Assembly (NCBI GenBank): GCA_020137815.1
Contig: CM035350.1
Location: 186,001-250,000, forward strand
Source: Hormiphora californensis
Lineage: Eukaryota; Animalia; Ctenophora
Length of the DNA stretch: 64,000 nucleotides
Reading direction: 5' to 3'
Below, piece after piece: positions 51,501-62,999 of the stretch. The notes under the pieces are model-generated. The model worked only from the letters and a program-made list of their open reading frames with translations. It was not told where the DNA came from and did no database searches. How positions within the stretch are numbered: the first letter of the stretch is position 1; every line of letters starts with the position of its first letter. The position numbers were made by a program, and so were the translations under genes.

Positions 51501-53617
51501 TTAGAATAGTAGGATATAACTTTGCGTTGTTTGGTTCTAGGATCGAGTTGGGTTAGAACAGCACCTAGACCTCGTTTGGAAGCGTCTAGAGTTACTACGT
51601 AGGAGTTGTGCGTGTCATTGACATCGGGCACGGATAGGATAGGAGCTGAAGACATGGCATGTTTCAGCTGATTGAATGAGTCTTGACAAGTTTTAGTCCA
51701 AACTAGCTCTTTTTTCTTATCAGTGTTTCCACCAGTAAGAGCATAGAGAGGAGCTGCCATCTCGGCAAAACCTTTTACAAAGTTGCGATGGTAGTTAACC
51801 ATGCCTAGAAACTTTTGTACCTGTTTGATACTAGTTGGGGTAGGAAGATTTCTAATAGCTTTCACTTTGTCAGGATCCACGGAAATTCCATCCTTAGAAA
51901 TCTGTAAACCAAGAAATTTAACTTCTTGTTGGAAGAGCTTAGTTTTCTTAGGAGAGAGTTTTAGGTTAGCAAAGGTTAGTCTGTCAAAAACAAACTTTAA
52001 CCGACGGAGATGATCGGGATAGGTATTACTGCATACCAAGAGATCATCTATGTATAGAATCAAAGCCTTGAAAGGAACTTTGTTAAATAGTAATGCCATC
52101 GCACGAGAAAACTCGGCACTAGAAGATGATTGACCTTGTATCATCCGGTTAAACATGTATCGTTTACTGTTATAAGTGAAGGCTGTGAGATGTCTGCTTT
52201 CCTTCTCGAGCCCAATTTGAGTAAAAGAACTAACAAAATCCAAAGATGATAGGATGTTGTGTTCTGATAACCTGTCAAAGATGTTATTAATTCTAGGAAG
52301 TTCGTAGTTATCTTGAATGCACTGAGAGTTTAGACTTCTAGCATCCACGACGAATCGCCAGGAAGTAGAACCAGAAGAATTCTTAGGAACCATGAAAACA
52401 GCACTGTTCCAAAGAGAATACTTGCAGGGTGAAATCTGACCAGATTCAGAGAGATTAGTAATTTCCTTATCTAGGAAAGGTTTAATACGGTGGCCAACAG
52501 GCCGGGAAGGAACCCATTTAGGGATGAAATCACGCTTCAGATGAAGTTGTGATTCGTAGAAGGAAGCACATCCCAAATCGTTAGGATTGCGTGCAAAGAT
52601 ATGAGAATACTCACAAATCAGTTCATGTAGCTGTTCTCGATAGAGTTCAGGAACATGGTTGAGTTCATTTATCTTTAACTGATTTAGGAGGTCGTTAGTA
52701 TCTTTCCATTTGCCGTTCTCGATTGTATCTTCTATCGAACAAGCTGTGGGAAGTCTAGGAATATCACAAGAAGAATCATACCAGTCTTCTTTTCCAGTGA
52801 ACTGCTTCAGTGATCTCACCTCTTCAGCCTGGGAATTATCAACCGGGTTAAAAAATGCAACAAGTTGGTTCTTGTATATTGTTACATCATTCTCGGTGGG
52901 GTTAATGCAATGCACATGCACTTTATTACCCTTTGAGTATGATAACGTACCAGTAACAAGCAAATTGCATTTACTTGTTAGATTTGTAGAATGGTTCGAT
53001 AATGCCTTCCCTGTCACGAGGGTGCGGCTTAGAAAAATGTTTGTCACGTGAGGTGGAAGTTAGTGGGAATGAACCACGTACAAACTTAGAACAGTTAGCA
53101 GGAATAGTAATGGTCTTACAAAGTTTAATCTTCGTCCTAGTGTTAATAGAAGAAGGTTTGTAAGTGGTAGGAATGTCTTGATCGGGTAGTTTAACAAGAC
53201 GGTTAGGAATATCAATTGTCATCTCATAGGATTGTATGAGATCCATACCGAGTAGAAAATCAGTGTCAATATGATCACTAACTATAAAACGTTCAGTACG
53301 TCGTGACTTTCCTATATCAGTCGGTAAGTCAATCTCACCTCTCATAGGAATAATCCGCTTTCCCAATCCGGTAATAAGCTTACTTGAAGGACGTATCTGA
53401 GTAGAAAGACCAAGGATGTGAACAATTCGTGTAGCAACTAAGCTAACATGAGCTCCAGTATCAATTAGAAAGTTAACTGGGTGTCCACAGCAGTATCCAT
53501 TTAGAAGAATTTCACGTCTGAGAGGTCGACTGTGAGTTTTACCCAAGTTAATTGAGAATTCAGAAGATCTCAGAGAATTGGGGTTAGGAGTATTGTCGCC
53601 TCTCTCTAATAAAAATG
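48545..53617 (-). pseudogene. pol: Gypsy pol (PR, RT, RNase H, IN, long C-terminal tail) with two frameshifts and a MITE insertion
   Basis: LIDTGA; LYIDDLL; TLDASKRGLGAVL; H-H-C-C zinc finger; QIDH..IVD; IQSDQGSGF; GKVESCHR. Frame breaks at ~53040 and ~50430. Confidence 0.92.
49159..49489. mobile_element. Kolobok-type palindromic MITE in the Gypsy pol tail
   Basis: TTAA|AGTGAGAGAGAACAGCAGGG ... CCCTGCTGTTCTCTCTCACT|TTAA (RR..YY ends, TTAA TSD). Removal restores the frame SSGVNTDTETSY. Confidence 0.8.
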
Positions 53618-54748
53618 TTGGTAATCACTGTTACGTCTCCTAGAAGAGGTGTTAGGACAGTTACTTCTGTAGTGGTTACCCTTACAGTTGTAGCATTCAA
53701 TACGATCACGAGAAGAACTGCGATCTCTAGAACGAGAACCACGGCTAGAATTAGAATAACGATCTCTAGAGTGAGATCTGTCCCTAGAATGATTCCTATA
53801 ACGGTTAGAACGGGATGAGTAGGATGATCTATAACGTCCTGGAGATCGGGATGGAGTTCTCCTGTTGTGACGATGGTAGGAATGTCGTGAATAACTTCTA
53901 CGAGGTGACCTAGATGAGTGTCTACCCTTGTAGCTAAAATGACTATCTTGATCGGAATCAGAATTGTCAGAGTTGAAAGGTGTAACCTTTCTTTTAGAAA
54001 GTTTAGAATGAGATGATTTTGAAAACCTTACCTCAGATTTTAGGATACTACCAGTTGCCTCTGCGTCAGAGCTTGTAGTAGTAGAATTAGGGTTGAACTG
54101 TTTAGCCACCCTTTCCAAGTTGCGGGCTTCACGCACTGCATCTGTGAAAACTGTTATAGAAGAGTTCTCATTCAGCTTTCGCCGGATTTCAGGATCGTTT
54201 AGACCCCTTAGGAATACCATCAGGCAGCTGTCATTGGCCAACCCCTGGTCTGTAGGATAGGCTAATTCTGCTTTCTGTCTTAGCCTGAAAACATACTCAG
54301 AAACAGTTTCTGATGACTTCTGAGTACAGTCTAGTAGACTGTTACGGAGCGAGAAACGTTGCTCTCCGTAAATGATGTCTTTTAGACGTTTTAGGAATTG
54401 AACGTGATCCAACTTCACGTCTTCTAGAATGTTAGCATGTCGTACCAAGGCGTAGGTTTGATCACACTTGATAGAAGTTAGAAACAAAGCAAACTGCTGA
54501 GTGGGTGGAGTTTGAGAAATTTCCACATGTTCAGAAAATCGGTTACAATGAGTTGGAAAACTGTCGCCTTTGTTAAATGAGGGCAGTTGGTTAGCAAACG
54601 AAAACGAATTCAATGCGGAGGCAATCGCATTAACCGAGTCTTGTTCAAGAGTAGGATTAGGAGGTTGAACAAGTGCTTCGATCTCATCCTTTAGTGTAGG
54701 ATGGTTAGAAATAAATGCCTCTAACTTGGACTTATAGTCCTCGGACAT
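53606..54748 (-). CDS. gag: Gypsy Gag with RS-rich region and CCHC knuckle
   Basis: QKSSETVSEYVFRLR (MHR-like); FLRGL; CYNCKGNHYRSNC. Pol follows in the -1 frame. Confidence 0.9.
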   Translation of the reverse strand: MSEDYKSKLEAFISNHPTLKDEIEALVQPPNPTLEQDSVNAIASALNSFSFANQLPSFNKGDSFPTHCNRFSEHVEISQTPPTQQFALFLTSIKCDQTYALVRHANILEDVKLDHVQFLKRLKDIIYGEQRFSLRNSLLDCTQKSSETVSEYVFRLRQKAELAYPTDQGLANDSCLMVFLRGLNDPEIRRKLNENSSITVFTDAVREARNLERVAKQFNPNSTTTSSDAEATGSILKSEVRFSKSSHSKLSKRKVTPFNSDNSDSDQDSHFSYKGRHSSRSPRRSYSRHSYHRHNRRTPSRSPGRYRSSYSSRSNRYRNHSRDRSHSRDRYSNSSRGSRSRDRSSSRDRIECYNCKGNHYRSNCPNTSSRRRNSDYQHFY

Positions 54749-54908
54749 ATTGGGTTTTTAGTACTCAGGCTCCAATTGTTATGGTTGTACAAAGTTGAAG
54801 ACAAGCGTATTGCGATAACGAGAATGCGAAGTGAATTGTTATCACTGATAACAGTAACAGAGACATATAATACTTGAGGTTAAATCACGAGGTTGCCTGG
54901 TTACAACA

Positions 54909-55904
54909 TTGGTGACGAGATGAGGTGGGTATCCAGAGCTGACAAGGTTCTTCCGGAGGACTTCTAGGTGGGGCCAAGCCAGCGTGATGTTGGAGCACAG
55001 GGTAAGTGCTCTCCTGGCCTCCGTGGCGATGATGTTCAACTTGGTCTTCATCTCACAATGGGAGTCATATGGTAGATATGTCCCTGAATGAGTTGCCTTC
55101 TGAAACATCTGGTGGGAGATCAGGCCCTCCTCTGTGATGGTAATCTGGAGATCCAGGAACGCGATGCTGCGGTCGCTGGGTTCCTCCATTGTGAACTTCA
55201 GTTTACCCTCGTCCCACACGTTGTTGAGATGTCCCAGGAAGGTGTTGGCGTGTTCCAGGGAGTTGAACAGTGATGAGGAGTCGTCCACATACGTGCCGAG
55301 GAATCTGGGTTGTTCTCCGGGTTCCGTGTTGATGATGGCACGTCGGTAGGTGAAATCAACGATGATTTCGGCGTACGCACCGGATGAGTGGTAACCGGTG
55401 CCAACTCCTGTTGTCTGTCGGAAGTACCGTCCACATGCTCTGGCGTAGGTGTGTGATGTGATGAATGACATCATTGATGTGATGTGGTGTGGTGTGAAGC
55501 CCATGAGATCGATGGTGTCTTGATGGGTGCAGAGGTAGTCCATGAGGATCAGCATGGCGCTCTCGTGCGTGGGGATTGAGGGGTACATTGATTCAATGTC
55601 CATTGAAACAATGACAGCCTCGTGAGTGAGTGGTGGGATGGTGGGATGGGGGTGTGTCCATGGTTCGAGGCATTTATCAATGAATGTCTTGCTGGAGTCA
55701 ACTCTGTATTGCAAGTGAGGCAGGAGTTGGGCTAGTATTCCTGCTACAATGATGTCAAGGTGCTCTACAGCGCTGCCTGAGACTGGTTGAACTACTCGAA
55801 CCTTAGTGTGAGGGAATTGTGGTTTATGATCTTTGGCGAGTGGGTAAACTATGGGTGCGGTGCAGTGTCGTGAGGTGAGACGTTCATGAATGTATTCGTC
55901 ATGG
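54909..55904 (-). pseudogene. Penelope RT of the inverted 5'-truncated copy
   Basis: SMDIESMYPSIP, QTTGVGTG, TYVDD, FLDL. The copy is uninterrupted across the site that is occupied in the plus copy. Confidence 0.92.
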
Positions 55905-56266
55905 TGCTCTGGTGAGGAAGAGGAAGAGGGGCAGACCAGGACAGAGGGAGCGAGAGGAGAGAGAAAAGGACTTTGAGATTTTCTTTGAGAATTTTGATTT
56001 TAGAGTTGTCGGGAGAGGGAGAGACGTTCTTGAGACTTTTTTGAGGGAGAATCTGACAATTCAGCGGGAACACCCAGCTCTGAATGATTGCCAGACGAAT
56101 GGTTTCGTGTTCTGATTGGTTCTGATTGGCTCATGTCACAGCCGCTAAACCCAGAGTATGATCCCATCCGATGTCAGATTTCAGAGGTGGTGCAACCACT
56201 AATTGCTAGAAACAGTTCTGATTAGGATTCGAGTGTCAAGTGTCGGGCTATAAATGTGTGTCACTA

Positions 56267-56340
56267 TGAACAGTTTATTTCTTTCACTGATGAGGGCTAT
56301 TTTACGCCGAAACGTCTGTTTTGCTATTGAAATTTGTTCA
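56267..56340 (+). ncRNA. Minimal type I hammerhead ribozyme (pLTR copy 2)
   Basis: CTGATGA at 56287-56293; stem II GGC/GCC; GAAAC-GTC with predicted cleavage after 56316; distal stem I TGAACA/TGTTCA. Confidence 0.75.
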
Positions 56341-58589
56341 CCTTTGTAACATCCCGAGTCTTCTATGCCTGACCAAACTTCGAACCACGTGAGATCAATA
56401 CAGGGATCATCCCCTCAACATGTCTCTACCACGGACGGTGTCATCAGCCCTACACAGCTGATCCAGAGAATGCTACCGGGTCACACCCGAGTACACCGAA
56501 ACATGTTCAAAGTTCAGGACCTGGGACTCAAAGTTGACAAGACATCTGCCCAGATCAAACTACTCAAATCCTTCCGGAGAGAGGGGCTCCTCCCAGCTCA
56601 TCTCGCCAACATGCGGCTCCCTTCTATCTTTCCTGTGAACCCTGCACTTGACGTCTCAGCCCCACTCTCAACACTGGACCCAGAGGCCACCAGACGTTAC
56701 CACAAGGGCAAGAACAAACACATGAGGAAAGTGAAGTCATGGAAACAGTACCTGTTGAAGGTTGAAATTGCGGACAAGTACCTGACACGCCGGATCCAGC
56801 TCGTCAGCCTCAAGTCAGCTATCACCGACCTCCGAGATGCCCTCACCGGTACACAGTTCAACAACACCATGCGAGCCATCAACAAGTTGAGAACAGCTAA
56901 GAAGGGAGCCCTCGCCACCACACACCAGCGGAAGCTTGACAACGCCAGGGTATGTGCAGCTCCCTCCCCTCCCTCCCCTCCCTCCACTCCCTCCCCTCCC
57001 TCCCCTACCTCCCCTCCCTCCCCTCACCCAGCCCCTCCCACCCCAACCCATCCCCAAACCTCACCATCACCCTCACCACCTCCTCCACACATCACGAACA
57101 CCCCTCCCCACTCGGTATCCCGCACCAACAGCACCACGGGCAGTGTACCCGAGCATGCCACTACACCCCTCCCGGAGGGTTGCAAGAACCTACTCACCAG
57201 AGCACCAGGATTCATGCTGAGCCCCACCACACCACGCAGGACCCTGGCAACCACTGCAACCCTTGGACTAGAACGCACCATCTGTGCAGTAAGGTACGCA
57301 TCCAGTCCCCGCTCATCCCCATCACCAGATGACAGCTTCGGAGACCCCCAGTCACCAGAACCCACTAGAGCACCCCAGTCACTCTATCGTGTCGCTGGTA
57401 AGTTCGAGTACCTGGGAATACAACCCCCACGACCTGCTGATGAGGACACGGAGTCAACTATCCAACAGCTAAGAGAACATGTCCTCCCTATCCTCAAAGC
57501 AGAGGCGAACTGGAAGGTATTGAGAAACCACAGGCCCTCCGACCTGGAGAGCCTCAAAGCAGCTACGGAACTGAGTGAGGTAACCATCCTACCCACTGAC
57601 AAGACCAACCGGTTCTGTACCCTGGCAACCAACACCTGCGAGGAAAGACTGCAGCAACACTTCGACTCCGGCTGGACCGAGCTCCCAGAGGACCCCTCCA
57701 CCGAGTACCAAGCCGCTGCTAACACACTCACCAAGGCCTGCCTCCGGGATGCTGACATCCATGACGAATACATTCATGAACGTCTCACCTCACGACACTG
57801 CACCGCACCCATAGTTTACCCACTCGCCAAAGATCATAAACCACAATTCCCTCACACTAAGGTTCGAGTAGTTCAACCAGTCTCAGGCAGCGCTGTAGAG
57901 CACCTTGACATCATTGTAGCAGGAATACTAGCCCAACTCCTGCCTCACTTGCAATACAGAGTTGACTCCAGCAAGACATTCATTGATAAATGCCTCGAAC
58001 CATGGACACACCCCCATCCCACTGTGGGGGGAGTCAGGTGACTGGATTACTGACTCCTTGTGGCAGCCCATTGTCTATCTCAGGGGGTATGGTAGTCCCG
58101 CGGGGGACTAGGCAGGGGGAGGGTATCTCTCGGGGAAAGACTAGGGAGTGGTCCCACAGCCGCGGTCCTGGGGCCTGATGGACCAATACGGGTGCGGTCA
58201 ACCTGCAATAAATCGGCATTGCCCAAACAGAGGGAATCCAGCCCTATGACCTTATACCACAACACTCAAGTCTATTTAACAGAACTTGGAGTGCCAACAT
58301 TGCTAATACGCCAGGGCTCCTGTTGCCATCCTTAAACAGGCACCGGCAGGTCCAAATCAATTGGCCGGGTGTTCCAAAAAACACGTATAACACATATGTA
58401 GCTTATACACCATTGCTTACACGCCAGGGCTCCTGTTGCCACCCTAAAACAGGCACCGGCGGGTCCAAATCAATTGGCCGGGTGTTCCCTTCCTAAAAAC
58501 CGAGTAGGGGCATGGTGCCCCTGGGGAACCCCTGCCCAATTTTCAAATAGCGGCACAGGATAAGTATATCTGAATTGCACTGGAACCAA

Positions 58590-58686
58590 CAGCTCCGTGG
58601 CCGAATGGCCACAAGTTGGGCTAAGAAACACAAGATCCCAGGTTCAAATCCCGGTCAAGAGATTTATAATATTAGACATCTTTTTT
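58590..58686 (+). pseudogene. tRNA-like Pol III cassette inside the retroposon
   Basis: A box TGGCCGAATGG (58598), B box GGTTCAAATCC (58641), T-run at 58680-58686; no cloverleaf. Confidence 0.55.
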
Positions 58687-59080
58687 CACTTTTGCTTGAT
58701 ATTGAAGCATTTAAGTTTCCGATTATACCGGCGATTTAACACGATAAATACCGAATACTAGACAGGGAGACTAGGTGAACCTACCCTTACCATCGTACCT
58801 GAACCAAAAGAAGAACCCTACACCGAACAAAGTCAAGATCTAACTAAACTAACTACTTAATTTGACCACGAAATCCGGGTTTTTTAGGTGAGCCAAAGCC
58901 GACCTCCAAAAGAAAATCGATTCATTACAAGTAGCGTGACGCGTCCATATGTGAGGACCCGGCGCTATCGTTCGGCAAAAACCAATTCTGGGAAAACCCC
59001 AGTACCGTAAGACATACACTCTTTGGATTTCCAGATGATCAAAGAAAATAGTAAATACCTATGACAATAAACAAAACCTA

Positions 59081-60570
59081 AAAACGGGGCACCGCTGTAT
59101 TACACGGTAACCCCAAAAACGGGGCACCACGGCAACCTAAAATCGGGGCGCCACTGCACTATTATACGGCAACCCCAAAAACGGGGCACCACTGCATTAT
59201 ACGGCAACCCAAAAACGGGGCGCCACTGCACTATACGGCAACCCCAAAAACGGGGCACCACTGTCTCACGCGGCAACCCCAAAAACGGGGCACCACTGCA
59301 TTATACGGCAACCCAAAAACGGGGCGCTACTGCACTATACGGCAACCCCAAAAACGGAGCACCACTACATTATACGACAACCCAAAAACGGGGCACCACT
59401 GCATTATACGGCAACTCTAAAAACGGGGCACCACTGTCTCACGCGGCAACCCCAAAAACGGGGCACCACTGTCTCACGCGGCAACCCCAAAAACGGGGCA
59501 CTACTGCATTATACGGCAACCCAAAAAACGGGGCACCACTGCATTAAACAGCTACTCTAAAAACGGGGCACCACTGTCTCACGTGGCAACCTCAAAAAAG
59601 GGGCACCACTGCATTATACAACAACCCCAAAAACGGGGCACCACTGCATTATACGGCAACTCTAAAAACGGGGCACCACTGTCTCACGTGGCAACCTAAA
59701 AAAAAGGGGCACCACTGCATTATACAACAAACCCAAAAACGGGGCACAACTGCATTATACGGCAACCCACTGCACTATACGGCAACCCCAAAAACGGGGC
59801 ACCACTGCATTATACGGCAACCCAAAAACGGGGCGCTACTGCACTATACGGCAACCCCAAAAACGGAGCACCACTACATTATACGACAACCCAAAAACGG
59901 GGCACCACTGCATTATACGGCAACTCTAAAAACGGGGCACCACTGTCTCACGCGGCAACCCCAAAAACGGGGCACCACTGTCTCACGCGGCAACCCCAAA
60001 AACGGGGCACCACTGCATTATACGGCAACCCAAAAAACGGGGCACCACTGCATTAAACGGCTACTCTAAAAACGGGGCACCACTGTCTCACGTGGCAACC
60101 TCAAAAAAGGGGCACCACTGCATTATACAACAACCCCAAAAACGGGGCACCACTGCATTATACGGCAACTCTAAAAACGGGGCACCACTGTCTCACGTGG
60201 CAACCTCAAAAAAGGGGCACCACTGCATTATACAACAAACCCAAAAACGGGGCACAACTGCATTATACGGCAACCCAAAAACGGGGCGCCACTGCACTAT
60301 ACGGCAACCCCAAAAACGGGGCACCACTGCATTATACGGCAACCCAAAAACGGGGCGCCACTGCACTATACGGCAACCCCAAAACGGGGCACCACTGCAC
60401 TATACGACAACCCAAAAACGGGGCACCACTGCATTAAACGGCAACTCTAAAAATGGGGCACCACTGTCTCACGCGGCAACCTCAAAAAAGGGGCACCACT
60501 GCATTATACAACAACCCCAAAAACGGAGCACCACTGTCTCACACGGCAACACAATAACATGGCACCACTG
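59081..60570. repeat. ~35-bp tandem array with variant units and higher-order blocks
   Basis: Unit CGGCAACCCCAAAAACGGGGCACCACTG(CATTATA|TCTCACG), about 42 copies. Confidence 0.95.
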
Positions 60571-62925
60571 CAATATATGTAACGGCAACCCCAGCAAAAC
60601 TGATTACGAAGTCTGGATTACTCCGATGAGTCACTAAAGGCTACCTCCCCCCTCCCTAAAAAATCGATCCGTCACAGATAGCCTCAACAACAGCCAAGTC
60701 GCAAAGCCCTGAGCATAACAGGTCGGATCTGAAACCAAACGGTATGCAACAGTACTGGAAACGGTAATCACAACTGCAAAGTCGCCAGCCACTAGAGATA
60801 TGGTATTGGTACCCCTATTCTAGATGGAACCCAATAACAAACAGTGCCACATGGGCCGACTCCTCTTCAAATGCAAATGCATGCGAACGACTCGGTGGAC
60901 CGACCCCTCCCGCTATACCCAAACCATAAGGTATTAGCCATAACAAGGCAATGCGGGAGTGAAAAAATAGTGAGACGCTCTAGTTATGGAGACGTCGCTA
61001 TCGTTCGGCAACTACCTACACCTGGGACAACCCAGGAACGTAAGACTGACACGCTTGTGTTAGTGCATCCGCTGTCGTAGGTAGGATTTATGCAAGAACT
61101 TATTAAGTAGGATCGTCTGTCGGTCTGCATCTCTAAGGTCATCGCTGTCGGAGGGGACAACGGGGTAACCCGTTTGAACACTGAAGGCGGCTTTGACCTG
61201 GGGGTGTGGGTCGGCGCTCGGGTTGTCGGTGTGTGGGCGCCAAGGGGAGATCCTACGGAAATAAGGGCTAGCTGATCCCCAACGTCAGCAGTGTGGATGG
61301 AAGTACGGAGGTACATATACACACACACACACACCCCCATCCCACCACCCCACCACTCACTCACGAGGCTGTCATTGTTTCAATGGACATTGAATCAATG
61401 TACCCCTCAATCCCCACGCACGAGAGCGCCATGCTGATCCTCATGGACTACCTCCGCACCCATCAAGACACCATCGATCTCATGGGCTTCACACCACACC
61501 ACATCACATCAATGATGTCATTCATCACATCACACACCTACGCCAGAGCATGTGGACGGTACTTCCGACAGACAACAGGAGTTGGCACCGGTTACCACTC
61601 ATCCGGTGCGTACGCCGAAATCATCGTTGATTTCACCTACCGACGTGCCATCATCAACACGGAACCCGGAGAACAACCCAGATTCCTCGGCACGTATGTG
61701 GACGACTCCTCATCACTGTTCAACTCCCTGGAACACGCCAACACCTTCCTGGGACATCTTAACAACGTGTGGGACGAGGGTAAACTGAAGTTCACAATGG
61801 AGGAACCCAGCGACCGCAGCATCGCGTTCCTGGACCTCCAGATTACCATCACAGAGGAGGGCCTGATCTCCCACCAGATGTTTCAGAAGGCAACTCATTC
61901 AGGGACATATCTACCATATGACTCCCATTGTGAGATGAAGACCAAGTTGAACATCATCGCCACGGAGGCCAGGAGAGCACTTACCCTGTGCTCCAACATC
62001 ACACTGGCTTGGCCCCACCTAGAAGTCCTCCGGAAGAACCTTGTCAGCTCTGGCTACCCACCACACCTCGTCACAAACACCATCACCAGGGAAGTGGGCA
62101 AACATCGTCACACCACCCACAACCCCTCACACCCCCAACCCACCCCTCCCCCTAACCCATCCCCCACCAGCCCCCGTCCCCAGACCGAGCCCAAGTTCAC
62201 GATGAAGGTGCCCTATGTCAACGAGGCCCTAACCCGTAAAATCAAGAAAGCTGCAGCCCGGTCTGGAATCCCTATCAGAGTCGTCACTACCTCGGGTAGA
62301 ACGGTCAAGGATGAGATTAAGGCCGCCCTCTCCCGTCGTCTCGCCCCACCCCCTCCTTGCTCCTGTGAACTTCACCAGGCCGATCTCTCCTGTCACCAGA
62401 GGAATGTGGTCTACAAAGCCACCTGCCGACGCTGTGGAGAGGACTACATTGGTGCTACTGGTAGACCCCTCTCAGAAAGGGTCAACGAACATGAGCGCAG
62501 CCAACGCCTTGGGAACACGAAGAGCGCCCTGGGACGACACCTTACTGAGGAGCACCCCGAAGCAGTGACCATGAGGAAGAGGAAGAGGGGCAGACCAGGA
62601 CAGAGGGAGCGAGAGGAGAGAGAAAAGGACTTTGAGATTTTCTTTGAGAATTTTGATTTTAGAGTTGTCGGGAGAGGGAGAGACGTTCTTGAGACATTTT
62701 TGAGGGAGAATCTGACAATTCAGCGGGAACACCCAGCTCTGAATGATTGCCAGACGAATGGTTTTGTGTTCTGATTGGTTCTGATTGGCTCATGTCACAG
62801 TCGCCAAACCCAGAGTATGATCCCATCCGATGTCAGATTTCAGAGGTGGTGCAACCACTAATTGCTAGAAACAGTTCTGATTAGGATTCGAGTGTCAAGT
62901 GTCGGGCTATAAATGTGTGTCACTA

Positions 62926-62999
62926 TGAACAGTTTATTTCTTTCACTGATGAGGGCTATTTTACGCCGAAACGTCTGTTTTGCTATTGAAATTTGTTCA
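62926..62999 (+). ncRNA. Minimal type I hammerhead ribozyme (pLTR copy 3)
   Basis: Identical core: CTGATGA at 62946-62952, GTC at 62973-62975. Confidence 0.75.

Larger units (their letters stand above)
47434..54908 (-). mobile_element. Ty3/Gypsy LTR retrotransposon with 132-bp LTRs (47434-47565, 54777-54908)
   Basis: Identical TGT..ACA LTRs; TSD TTGG; PBS-like TGGAGCCTGAG; PPT AAAGAGAGGATT; gag (CCHC) followed by PR-RT-RH-IN order. Confidence 0.97.
58023..61328 (+). mobile_element. 3.3-kb ORF-less non-LTR (TPRT-type) retroposon
   Basis: TSD of up to 17 bp, ACACACCCCCATCCCAC (58006-58022 / 61329-61345); (AC)n 3' tail; no TIR, LTR or recognisable ORF. The sister Penelope copy shows the empty site (~55640-55658). 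Confidence 0.8.
56365..62774 (+). pseudogene. Full Penelope-like ORF (1028 aa when joined as 56365-58022 + 61346-62774), interrupted by a 3.3-kb insert
   Basis: N-terminal domain; ILPTDKTNR; YPLAKDHK..RVV; RT; Cys/His linker CSCELH..CHQRNVVY (Neptune-like); GIY-YIG. The join is in frame (3087 nt). Confidence 0.92.

Noticed and set aside
53600-53620. Canonical -1 slippery heptamer at the gag-pol junction
   Set aside because: Pol is in the -1 frame and CATTTTTA is suggestive, but it is not a proper X XXY YYZ site, so no site is called.
60092-60637. 181-aa repetitive ORF
   Set aside because: Read-through of the 35-bp satellite with a GTG start.
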